A stretch of DNA of 64,000 nucleotides from Octopus sinensis (lineage: Eukaryota), in NCBI RefSeq assembly GCF_006345805.1, contig NC_043020.1, positions 1,984,001-2,048,000 on the forward strand, read 5' to 3'. A program made the translations under genes and the position numbers. The stretch's first letter is position 1, and every line of letters begins with the position of its first letter. Under the pieces are notes generated by a model, which saw only the letters and a list, made by a program, of their open reading frames with translations, was not told the origin of the DNA and made no database searches. Positions 10,767-25,985 of this stretch are shown here, one piece after another.

Positions 10767-12054
10767 TTTGTTTCCAGTTTGCCTTATGGTAGTTCAAGCT
10801 GGAAAGATTTTGAGGGTTTCTTGTAGGCTGCATGTCCGTGCTCTCTTTTGGCCCGTACATGGTCAGCTCTATCATGTTGTGATCCGAGAGTAGTGTCGGT
10901 GTCACTTTCACATTATGGATGAGATCCATGTCATTTGTGAAGCAGAGATCCAGTGTGTTTCCTGCCCTGGTTGGTTGGAGTATTACCTGCTCCATGTACA
11001 GGGTGTTGATGAGGTTCAGGAGGGACCTCGCCTGTCCTCGTTCACATCTTGTCATTCCTGGGAGAGAAAGGCCCTCGGGCCATCTGACATTGGGCAGATT
11101 GAAGTCTCCCATAAGAAGCACACCTATGTGTTGTTCTAATGTGGTTAGAATTTCTTCTATTTTTATAAGGCAGTCTTCAAACTTGCCCACATGGCTTGGG
11201 GCATCTGGAGGGCGATATGTAGCACACACAACTACATCAAGTTGCCTGATATGTACAATTAGTGTGTCACACACCGAGTTTGAGTATGACAAGAGGACCT
11301 GGGGTGTGAGGTCCTCACGGATGTACATAGCAACACCTCCATGACTCCTTTCTTTCCTGTCGGTCCGTAGTACAGCATACTGTGGTATGTGTAACTCCGC
11401 ATCTGCTATGTCCGGTTTCAGGTGCGTTTCTGTAAGTGCTATGCATAAGGCTTGATTGCATGCAACAAAGTCTCTCAGGAACGGGATCTTTGTCCTGTTA
11501 CTGAGTGTTTGCAGTCCTCTGATGTTCAGTAGGAGTATCGAGGTGAGGTGTACGTTGTTGCCGGCGGTGTCCATCCTGTGTCTGTTTGCTGTGGTGGTCT
11601 GGTATATAGTGGGTAGTCCCACCTGCGGGCTTGGGCTTGATGAAGCCAGGTCAGCCGCTGTACAATCTTTGTGCCATGCACAAAAAGATTGTTGCTCAGC
11701 AGCTGCTCTTTCGACATCATGTTGGCTGTTTGTGGCGCGCACAACATCTGTGTACCTCCGCTTTGGGGCAGGTGGTGCGTGGTCCATCCCTTTTCTTTGT
11801 GTTGATGGTTTGTCCATCTGCCTCGTGTCTCTGTGGCAGGGTCCCCGATGTGCAAAGCGGCAGCCTGCACCTTCCTTTCCATGCCAGCAGGAACCTCTCA
11901 GGTAGAACATACACACCCGTGTGCGCTGTTTGGTTCCATCCTTTGCGGTTCCACTTCTATTTCTGGTTGTTTCACTCTTTGGTCCTGCTTGAGCTTTTTC
12001 TTTTCCTTTAGCTCTTCCAGTCCTTCTTTTAGTTCTTCTTCCTCCCTCTACTCT
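10705..12054 (-). CDS. LINE polyprotein: basic linker + CCCH zinc finger + APE endonuclease in one frame
   Basis: The frame is open from 12054. It contains CMFYLRGSCWHGKEGAGCRFAH (C-x7-C-x8-C-x3-H), then SILLLNIRGL...ALTETHL...GDFNLP...TLDL...SDH. Confidence 0.9.
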   Translation of the reverse strand, partial: RVEGGRRTKRRTGRAKGKEKAQAGPKSETTRNRSGTAKDGTKQRTRVCMFYLRGSCWHGKEGAGCRFAHRGPCHRDTRQMDKPSTQRKGMDHAPPAPKRRYTDVVRATNSQHDVERAAAEQQSFCAWHKDCTAADLASSSPSPQVGLPTIYQTTTANRHRMDTAGNNVHLTSILLLNIRGLQTLSNRTKIPFLRDFVACNQALCIALTETHLKPDIADAELHIPQYAVLRTDRKERSHGGVAMYIREDLTPQVLLSYSNSVCDTLIVHIRQLDVVVCATYRPPDAPSHVGKFEDCLIKIEEILTTLEQHIGVLLMGDFNLPNVRWPEGLSLPGMTRCERGQARSLLNLINTLYMEQVILQPTRAGNTLDLCFTNDMDLIHNVKVTPTLLSDHNMIELTMYGPKESTDMQPTRNPQNLSSLNYHKANWKQIEKEILKQNWPKVSPRQTST

Positions 12055-12431
12055 TCACCGGGTTCTCCGTCTCCATGGCCCTTGCTGCCGGTTGGAGAAC
12101 TTGCACCTGGGTTCACTTCCCGGGCAGGTTTCTCATTCAAAACCTCCTCCCGGGCGTCCACCAGGTGGGGGTGACTTCTTTCATCGTCTCCATTCTTGCC
12201 ATCTTTGCTCCGCTCGTTCTCAAAGATGGCATCAAGTGCGCCAATGTGCGACCGTACAAGCGCATATGAGCGCACGAATTCCTGTCTCTTTCGCTCCATC
12301 TGAGCCGCTGTCCTCTTGTAGCCTCTGCTCTTCAGCGCAGCCGCAATCACCTCCCTAGGGCTATCTCCGCCGGCGCACTCCCATGCTCGTACAAATAAAT
12401 CCAGCTCGTCACGTCTCCATGCTCTGGACAT
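12048..12431 (-). CDS. LINE N-terminal Myb/SANT-like (trihelix) domain
   Basis: MSRAWRRDELDLFVRAWE...EVIAAALKSRGYKRTAAQMERKRQEF fits the W..E...L...W...IA..L...GY.RT..Q...K pattern of Myb/SANT-like trihelix domains. Pattern recognition only; no HMM was run. Confidence 0.7.
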   Translation of the reverse strand: MSRAWRRDELDLFVRAWECAGGDSPREVIAAALKSRGYKRTAAQMERKRQEFVRSYALVRSHIGALDAIFENERSKDGKNGDDERSHPHLVDAREEVLNEKPAREVNPGASSPTGSKGHGDGEPGEE

Positions 12432-12464
12432 GCTGGATAATCCGTCTATCCGTTTATCTATCTA

Positions 12465-16840
<4,376 letters not shown>

Positions 16841-17294
16841 TGTGTGTGGTGTGTGTGTGTGTGTAAATAAGCAGTGCTAGATTAACAATTTACCATTAAG
16901 CTAAATAAGCATGTGCATAGGGGATCAAGAGAAGTGGGGCACCGCTTAAATGGTAAATGGCTTACGGCACAAAAGAAAAATCAATTTAATCTTGCTAAAC
17001 TAATATTCTAAGTGGTTTATATGATCAGATGCTATTATCCGATGTGCCGTGTATGATTAATTCTGAGGATTTGATCAAAGACTTTGTAATTAAAAATGTA
17101 GAGGAAATCTCAAATATAAATTAAGTCGAAATACAGAAAATTAAACATTTTTCTCCATCTTACTGTTAGCTTTGTTTCATTTGGAAAAATAGATATTTCT
17201 TTTGTGGTTTATTAATGTTTATATAAGTAGATATATGGGAGCACAAAAATATCTTAAGTGCTTAAGACCGTTATGGGTTTTAAGCCAGCCTTGT

Positions 17295-17351
<57 letters not shown>

Positions 17352-18314
17352 CGGTTTAAGTAATTGAGATTCAAGTGAATTCTAATGAATTCACTTGAAT
17401 ATGGTCCTTAACTAGGATGCACCGGAAATCTATATGGTGTTAACCATACGACAAGTGGGGTGATTACAAATAGGAAAAAAGCAACAAGAATGGATTAAAA
17501 TCTCGGTACAATTGTTTCGTACGAGGACATCTTTAATAAGCTACAAAAAATGCAGTAAATACAGCTGGCTCGTACTCGTCAGCCGAAAAAACAATATATA
17601 TATAACTGCCTACGAAATTCAGGGCAAATGTTTCCTTCATACAAACTAAAGGACCCTTACCCGGCATCTCTCCACCATCGATTCCAGAATCCCTTCTTAC
17701 ATCGTGCAACATGCAAGTTCTTCCCACATACGAAAAAGTCTGTAGTGATATTTTGGATCCCTTGTCAAAAGAATTTTCAGGAATCCCAATTTTCTTTCTT
17801 TCTCAGGTCTGAAGGTTCTCTGCCTCAAATCCCACTGGTTAAACCCTGCACAGTTCCAACCCGCTTTGCATCCCTCTTAAAACTACACACTCGACGAAGC
17901 TGGAAGGCTGTCCTCGCCTCAAACACCCAGAATATAAGACCCTACAGTTTCCCAGCTGTCTAGATAAAGGATCTCTACCTTCACAATGACTAGTAAAAGA
18001 AGGAGTCTGGCAAAGCAACTCGGACTCTCAAAATGCCTCTGTCTTTCAAGTGGAAACCACAGGATTATGCGTTTTATGCTCCATCCGTCCATATGAGAGG
18101 TCCTCTCGAGGCAAATACTTCAGTACATCAACTTTAAGTTGGATAGAAAGGTTGCCTACAGGTATTGATACTGCTTCTGCCGCAAATAATAATTATTTAC
18201 ACATGCACACACACACGTACGCACTCGCACACACATGCACGTACGCACGCACACACACAGACGCACGCACGCACGCACACAAACACACATACTAGCATTT
18301 ATCTTTTATCTTTT

Positions 18315-18575
18315 ATTTGTTTATTTGTTTCAGTCATTAGACTACGGCTATACTGGGGAACCATCTTGAAAATTTTTTAGTCGATTGAATCGATCCAAGT
18401 CCCTTTTAATCTTAGTAGTTAGTCTATCGGTCGTTTTTGCCGAAGTGCTAAGTTACGACGTCGTAAACACACCAGCACACTCAGATATACACACACGCAC
18501 AAGGGCTATAGAAGACAGTTGCCAAAATTCCACGCAGTGGGGTTGAACCCAAGACCACATAGCTGGAAAGTAATC
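18315..18575 (-). mobile_element. Degenerate SINE family A
   Basis: Diverged tail, body and head segments homologous to family A. Confidence 0.7.
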
Positions 18576-19455
18576 CTTCTTTCTTAGGGGCAGCCTTGTC
18601 TGCACCTAAAAACGATCGAACGCCACCTGTGGTACTCGAACTGTGCATCTTCTGTAATCCAGACAGATTCTCTGCCAAATACACCACAGAAATCGCCACC
18701 CATATTGATAGCATCGAATAAATAAAAATAATTAAAGTAACCTATGTTTGCGACACTATCAAATATAAGCTATTCTCTGATGAAGGTTTTTGCCCGAAAC
18801 GTAACACATTTTGTCTTTGTCGCCGCAAACCATTTCATGATATATTTTCTACAGTTCGTACTCAATAATTACAGACACAGACCATAACGATTTTCCTTCA
18901 ATCTTACTCATAATAAAACACATTTATAATTCTTCATTCATTCTTGAAGCAAATAAACAAAATTAATTGGTAAACTGGTGTCTACTTGCTTTCTAACTCA
19001 TGTGTTTTGACTCCAAATTATTTTCCTCTCTTCCTTCAGTGCCTTAATTCCACCTGAGAATTCTTTCTATTATTCACAGAAAGCTGTTACTCACATTATT
19101 GCTTTTATTCGGGTTTGGGGGGCGAAAAGCGCTTTCAACTAGTTGATAATTACTTCATTTATCTATCCATTTTATTTTTTTATATAATTAATGCTGTTAT
19201 CTCTTTTAAAGATGTACTTATTGACTTATTTGAAGTTTTGTTTTATTAGTATCCTCACTATCTTTTCAAAAATAGTTTTTTTGTTTTTGTTTTCTTCTGC
19301 TTTTATGTTTATCTATTTTGAAGAACCAAATCATTTCTCTCTGATATTACTTCCTCCATTTTTAATTGCAGTACTCCGGTAGAGTCGCAGAGCAGCGGAC
19401 AACACGGTCTGTATTATATAGTGGGCGCATGCTGGTAGAATCGTTATCACTATGG

Positions 19456-20050
19456 AAGGCGGCGAGCTGGCAGAAACGTTAGCACACCGGGCGAAATGCT
19501 TAGCGGTATTTCGTCTGCCGTTACACGCTGAGTTCAAATTCCGCCGAGGTCGACTTTGCCTTTCATCCTTTCGGGGTCGATTAAATAAGTACCAGTTACG
19601 CACTGGGGTCGATATAATCGACTTAATCCGTTTGTCCTCTCTGTGTTTAGCCCCTTATGGGTAGTAAAGAAATAGGCATTTCGTCTGTCTGTTACGTTCT
19701 GAGTTCAAATTCCGTCGAGGTCGACTTTGCCTTTCATCCTTTCGGAGTCGATTAAATTAAGTACCAGTTGCGCACTGAGGTCGATGTAATCGACTTAATT
19801 CCTGTGTCTGTCCTTGTTTGTCTCTTCTGTGTTTAGCCCCTGGCGGACAATAAAGAAATAGGAATCGTTATCACTATGGGCAAAACGCTTAGCGGCATTT
19901 CATCATCAACACGATCTGCGTTCAAATTCCGCCGAGATCGACTTTGCCTTTCATCCTTTCGGGGTCGATAAAATAAGGACCAGTTGTGCCCTGGGATCGA
20001 TTTCATCGAATCATCCCAGCCACCGGAAATGCAGGACTTGAGCAAAAATT
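19456..20050 (+). mobile_element. tRNA-derived SINE family B (head AAGGCGGCGAGCTGGCAGAAACG), concatemer of about 3 units
   Basis: The head is followed by repeated GTATTTCGTCTG...GAGTTCAAATTCCGCCGAGGTCGACTTTGCCTTTCATCCTTTCGGGGTCGAT...AATAAAGAAATA units. Confidence 0.9.
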
Positions 20051-20184
20051 TGAAATCATTATACAGTTAGACAGCGTGATCTAATGGTTAGAGCGTTGTA
20101 CTCACAATCGGAAGATGACGGTATCGATTCCAAGACCAGGAATCGATTCTTGAGCAAAACACTTCATTTTTTTTCGTTGCTCTC

Positions 20185-20325
20185 CTTCTTCTTCTTCTTC
20201 TTCTTCTTCTTCTTCTTCTTCTTCTTCTTCTCCTCCTCCTTCTCCTCCTCCTCCTTCTTCTTCTCTTCTTCTTCTTCTTCTCCTCCTCCCCCTCCTCCTT
20301 CTTCTTCTTCTTCTTCTTCACTTCC
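20185..20325. repeat. (CTT)n/(CCT)n microsatellite
   Basis: Directly visible. Confidence 0.95.
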
Positions 20326-20885
20326 CACTTCCCTCCCTTCTTCACCCTCTTTCCTAAAACACCCAATTTCATATAACAGACACTAACAGTTAATGAAAAA
20401 AAAAAAACAGCAAACCGATCTCTTCCCCCTTTTCTTTTTTCCACTTCCCTGCATTTTAATTTGCTTCTCTTCCAACTTCTTCGTCATTCTTCGATATTCT
20501 TCAATATTCTTCCCAAGTTTCCTACGCTAAAACACCGTTCAAGCAAAAGTGCACTTATTTCTTTGGTCGTTTCGCGGTTATATTATTAAATTCATTCTTT
20601 CGTTTTGTTAATTTTCTCTTTTATATTCTCATTCGGCTTTTCCTATTTATCATCCTCCTTCCTTTTGTTTGAATTCTTTTTGCCTTTATTCATTTCTTTT
20701 ATCAGCTATTTCTTTACTTAAATATTCCAGCACATTAAATCAACAGACAGTCAAAAACAAATGGTGAGATTGATGGTACACACCTTGCCAGGGTATATCA
20801 GTTTTTTTATTATTCTGCTCTCATCATGTCTTGTAATACATACATACATGCCTACATACAAACATACGTACATGCATACGTACGA

Positions 20886-20926
<41 letters not shown>

Positions 20927-21118
20927 CGCCCACATACATACCTACATACATACCTACATACATATATGCATACATACAAACATACGTACATGCATACGTA
21001 CGAACACACACACACACATATATATATATATACGCACACATACATACCTACATACATACATACATACATACACACATTTACATATACACATACATACGTA
21101 CGTACCTACACATACACG

Positions 21119-21160
<42 letters not shown>

Positions 21161-21264
21161 ATATATATACGCACACATACATACCTACGTACATACATAT
21201 ATGTATATAGATACATACGTACATACGTACGTATACACATACATACAACTGCTAGAAACACCAA

Positions 21265-21515
21265 TGTAACCCATATTTTTGGGAGAGGGGGTGGAGATGA
21301 CCTGGCGATCTACGCTAATAATGTTAACAATGCTAAAAAAACAACAGCTAGAATTAATAACATTTTCAGCTGATAGAAGAATGGAATTTGGCCAGAAAAA
21401 ATGTTGGTATTTGATAGCTGAATGTGGGAAAAAATCAGTCCTTCAAACCCAAAACCTGTGCATCAACGGGGCCCCTATCTTTCCTCTATTAGCCCGCACC
21501 TGCTGCATCGAATGA
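21265..21515 (+). mobile_element. Decayed RT C-terminal fragment of an R4/Dong-like RLE retrotransposon
   Basis: Translates across a frameshift to THIF...DDLAIYANNVNNAKKQQLELITFSADRRMEFGQKKCWYLIAECGK, resembling 'HLLFVDDLKLYA...FS.DIGMEFG..KC'. Confidence 0.7.
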
Positions 21516-21589
21516 GAGTAAATCCCGTAGAAAACATATCATTGAAAGTTCATGACTGGGATACCTGTGATAATTATCAATAAAATATT

Positions 21590-21800
21590 GATTTCAAATT
21601 TTGGCATAGGACCAACAAATTCGGAGGAGCGGTGTAAGTCGATTAGATTGACTCTAGTGTTCAACTGGTACTTGTTTTATAGACTCTCAAAGGATGAAAG
21701 GCAAAGTCGACCCCGGTGGAATTCGAACCCAGAACGTAAAGGTGGACGAGATACCGCTAAGCATATTACACGGTGTGCTAACGATTCTGCCAGCGCGCCG
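21590..21800 (-). mobile_element. SINE family B-related, diverged
   Basis: GGATGAAAGGCAAAGTCGAC...ACGATTCTGCCAGCGCGCCGCC is the reverse complement of the family B head and core. Confidence 0.75.
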
Positions 21801-21910
21801 CCTAATTGCCAATAAGATATTAAAAGTAGCTGACCACCCCTATTACTTGCGCACAAACAATACAATTGTGCTTATTCAGAGAGTAAACTGTAGAAAGCAA
21901 TAACTAGGAT

Positions 21911-22174
21911 CAGGAGTGGCTGTGTGGTAAGAAGCTTGCTCCCCAACAACATGGTTCTGGGTTCAGTCCCACTGCATGACACCTTGCTCCTTGGGCAGGT
22001 GTCTTCTGCGAGAGCCTCGGGTCGACCAAAGCTTTGTGAGTGGATTTGGTAGACAGAAACTGAAAGAAGCCCGTCGTATATATATATATATATATATTTA
22101 TATATACATATACACACATACACAGACACACACAGACACACAGACACAGACACACAGACACACACATACACAAA

Positions 22175-22271
<97 letters not shown>

Positions 22272-22455
22272 TATACATATATCTCATATATCTATGTATG
22301 TTTTTGTGTGTCTGTGTTTGTCCCCCCACCATCGCTTGGCAACAGATGCTGGTGTGTTTACGTCCCTGCAAATTAGCGGTTCGACAAAAGAAACCGATAG
22401 AATTAGTACTAGGCTTACATAGGATAAGTCCTGGGATCAAATTATTTGACTAAAG
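21911..22455 (+). mobile_element. SINE family A with expanded internal microsatellite, tail truncated
   Basis: Head CAGGAGTGGCTGTGTGGTAAG; body runs to GACTAAAG. Confidence 0.9.
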
Positions 22456-22925
22456 ACGTCACCTGTGTTGACACCAAAGCAATATTTTCCATATTGTTTG
22501 TATACATTCGGAATTTTATATGAGGGAGTGGAAGGTACAATGTAGTTTTAACTCAGACTTCCTCATGGCACCAGAAGACGAAACAGAAAAGGCGTTGCGC
22601 CGGAGGATGGCGACGGAGATACACTGGAACAGCCACTCGGACTCACAGGGCTCGCACCTGTTCTACTAGAGTCGGCCTGGTGTTAAACAACAACAACAGC
22701 AGCAGCAGCAATATCGGTGACAGCAGGAGCAGCAGCCGTTCAAGAATTTGGACCTGGAGATCTCCATTTCCAGCGACTTTGAGGGCCACCTCCCAGTGGT
22801 GTCAGGCGTCAACGAAGAGCTCTCGACAACAACAAGGCGACCAAAGTTTTTTTGTTCTAAAGTCTGGGGGTCTCCCACCCTAAGCCCTAGACCATCACCT
22901 AATCACTCTTACAACAGCAACAACA

Positions 22926-23290
22926 GGAGGCGCAATGACCCAATGGTTAGGGCAGCGGACTCGCGGTCGGAGGATCGAGGTTTTGATTCCCAAACCAGGC
23001 GTTATGTGTGTTTATTAAGCGAAAACACCTAAAGCTCCACGAGGCTCCGGCAGGGGATGGTAGCGACCCCTGTTGTACTCTTTCGCTCCCACTTTCTCTC
23101 ACTCTTTCTTTACTGTTTCTTGTCCCCGACTTCCTACGTAACCGCTGAGCCTGGATGCACATTCATCCATCCGTCGATGCTCTCGGTGTCGGGGGTTGAC
23201 CTGCTTTCTCTTCAGCGGGTCTTACGAATAGTAAAGGACCACGTTTCGGACTTCTCCCACTGGGACGAAGACCGCTTCCCTCAACAAGCA
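22926..23290 (+). mobile_element. tRNA-derived SINE family C (head GGAGGCGCAATGGCCCAGTGGTTAGGGCAGCGGACTCGCGG) with alternative 3' body
   Basis: Head and core match 41916-42100; the 3' part (23110-23290) is unrelated to the other copies. Confidence 0.8.
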
Positions 23291-23724
23291 GCAGTAGCAG
23301 CAGTAGCGATAAAAACTAGTCTGTTGTGAGAAAGCTTTTGAATCAACAATAAAACTAAAAAATAACCATTGTCTCATAAAAGAATAAACATTCGTAGAAC
23401 TCGTCAAAGAGAATGCTGTAAATTCTAAAAGACATGTTTCCCACACATTATTTTGCGCTAAACCGCTTTAATCCGGACAATATCTAGACTATTGTTTTAC
23501 AGCTTTCAGAAAATGTTTTCATCTTTATTTTTCTATTTTTTTGTTATTGTTCCGGTTGTTGTTATTTTTAGTTCTTCATTCTTTAAAGCACTTTCATAAC
23601 TAGTAACAAGATGTTAAAATAGAGGACTGTACCAAAATGGCTTTGAACATCTGGCTGTATATATATATATATATATATATATACAACCACAAACAAACAT
23701 ACACACACATATATACAGACAGAC

Positions 23725-24030
23725 AGAGGATTGGTTGTGTGGTTAAGAAGATCGTTTTGCTACCACGTAGTTCGGGTTCGGTCCCAGTACGCGTCCCCTT
23801 GGGCACGTGTTGGTAGACAGTAACTGTGAGGAAGCCTGCCTTTTGTGTGAGTGTTTATGTGTTCTTGTCTTTGTGGTTTTTCCGTCCACAGCGGTTCGGC
23901 AAACAAGATCGAAGAAATAATTGCCAGATTAAAAAAACAACGGCTAGAGTCGATTTGTTCGATTAAATTCTTCAAGCTACTGCCCCAACATCGCAACAGC
24001 CCAACGACAGAAACAAGTAAAATGGAAAAG
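23725..24030 (+). mobile_element. Diverged SINE family A
   Basis: Degenerate head, body and tail (TGCCCCAACATCGCAACAGCCCAACGACAGAAACAAGTAAAA). Confidence 0.75.
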
Positions 24031-24039
24031 AAGGTTTAG

Positions 24040-24145
24040 GTGTGGAGGTCTTCAATCGGCATCTGGACAAATTTTTATCTGAGTCACCAGATGCAACTCG
24101 CACAAAAAGAACAGCTCCCTCCCACTTCCTACTTCTCCAGAAGCG
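24040..24145 (+). mobile_element. Possible 3'-end relic of a related CR1-like LINE
   Basis: VEVFNRHLDKFLSESPDATRTKRTAPSHFLLLQK resembles the C-terminus of the large LINE (DVFKMKLDLFLSGVPDEPT...RAAASNSLMHQ). Confidence 0.4.
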
Positions 24146-25254
24146 CTACAGAAAAAAATCAATTAGAATGAAGGATACTGCTGGATATATATTCACGAGG
24201 GGTGTATGAAAGTTGTGTGACTTCAACTGGTGTTATTGATGATGTATATTGAGAGAATTTTCGTAATATGTAGGGATAAACAGTCCAATTTATAGTTATA
24301 TTTTTATAAGAGAATCTAGGAAAATATATAGTGGATACTTATTTTATTTGTATCAAGATAAAAACATAGCAAACCATTTATTACAAATAAAATTAAAAGG
24401 AGCACAAATTAACAGGAAAAAGCATGAAAAGTGCCTACACGTTTTAATCTAGTCATTAGGTGAACAGTGTTTCGAATCCGAGGAATTCGAACAATGATAA
24501 GAGTTCTAGATGTAAAAAAAATAGACGTAGTATAATCAGATATCGTTTTTGTATAAAAACTAATACTTACATATTTTTTCAAAGGATTTCAAATTGGGAG
24601 TAAAAAAACATATTGAATAAGTTAGATGAGGACCGCATGGGTTGTGAGGGACATTATGTAATTAGGGTGAGATATTGTGAAGACGTTAGGTAAATGGAAT
24701 GAATAAATGACCTAATGACCAGATTGAAACCTGTAAGCACTTTTTAAACTCTTTTCTGTTAATTTATGTTCCTTTTAATTTATATTTGTATTAAATGGCT
24801 TGCTATGTTTATATATAGTATCCACTATATATTTTCCTTCAGTTTCTTATATAAATATAATTATATATATTTTGTTTTGGGATTTGGTTTGCAAGAGTCG
24901 TTATGTGAGTTCGTGTGTGGAAGTATTTTCTGTTGTGTCTGGGGAGAGTCATTTTATTTTAGCGCCTTATAATTTAACACACTCATCAGTAAAATCTCCA
25001 CTTATTTCTTTTTTATTTTTCTAAAATTTTCGTTGCGTCTTGCAACCTTTTCGATAGTTTTGACTAAACTATTGAAAAGGTTACAAGGTGAGTGTGTTAA
25101 ATTATACGGCACAAAAAAGAGAATGACTCTCCCCAGACACAAAAGAATACACACACACACACACACAACACACCACACACATATATATATATTATATATA
25201 TATATACATACACACATATATACATACTCACGTACAGATATGTGCAAGAGAGAA

Positions 25255-25286
<32 letters not shown>

Positions 25287-25684
25287 CCTCTCTTTCCCTC
25301 TCCCTCGTCTACGCGAGAGAATATACCTGTCACGCAACTGTGTCTCCACTCGCCTCCCAAGAACTAAACCAGCGTAAATATATCTCTCAAAAATGACACC
25401 ACAGCTTTTATGTTTTTGTTTTTTCTCCATCCAAACAAATTTAACCTTGCCACAAACCTACTCTTTAGCCTAATAATACAAAGCATAACCGCAATAGAAC
25501 CACCATTCTTTACTTCAGAAATACTGGTCTGTTTCCTTCACAAAAATAACGAAAGAAGCAAACATTTAGAAAGACCAAAAATAACAACCTGACGACATCC
25601 GACAATGCAACTACAGCTATAGTGATACAGAAAACAATCTTTTCTTTAACCAAGAGAAACCATTTTTAGCCATTCAGCATCTGG

Positions 25685-25985
25685 TAAAGTGAAGCCGCGT
25701 GGCTTAGTGATTAAAGTATTCGGCTCACGGTCGCAAGCTCATGAGTTCGATTCGCGACGGCGTGCTGTCTCCTTGAGCATGACGCATTACCTAACGTTGC
25801 TCCAGTCCACTCACCTGGAAAAAATGAGTTGTACCTGTATTTCAAAAGGCCAACCATGTCACATTATATATTACCCTGACTCTCGCTGAGATCTACTTTA
25901 AGGGTACTTATGTCTGCGGAATACTCTGCCACTTGCACGTTAATTTCACGAACAGGCTGTTCCGTTGATCGGATCAACACTGGAA
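25685..25985 (+). mobile_element. Hybrid SINE: tRNA head + family D CORE-like domain + family C tail
   Basis: TTGCTCCAGTCCACTCA core, followed by TAATTTCACGAACAGGCTGTTCCGTTGATCGGATCAAC tail. Confidence 0.7.

Larger units (their letters stand above)
8491..12445 (-). mobile_element. Near full-length CR1-like (APE-type) LINE with (AATC)n 3' tail, inserted in a (TA)n tract
   Basis: APE motifs (ETH, GGVAMY, GDFN, GNTLDL, SDH) and RT motifs (QHGFRPGRSC, YLDFAKAFDKV, SGVPQGTVLGPLLF, YADD) are present. The C-terminus (DLGI...LERRR...LDLFLSGVPDEP) is CR1-like. (GATT)6 at 8491-8514 is the 3' tail, and (TA)n lies on both flanks. Confidence 0.95.

Noticed and set aside
17533-18150. Non-repetitive stretch with short ORFs (possible exon or TE relic); similar at 57059-57313
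   Set aside because: No recognisable motif or convincing splice signals in any frame.
18777-18803. CTGATGA-A-GG-TTTTTG-CCC-GAAACGT-A minimal hammerhead-like remnant
   Set aside because: Stem II is only 2 bp and stem I is broken. Possibly a decayed PLE-type hammerhead, but not supportable as functional.
23200-23270. CCGAAAC...GTC...CTGAAGAG on the minus strand in SINE C tail 3
   Set aside because: Stem I cannot close next to the core; only an ordinary hairpin is supported.
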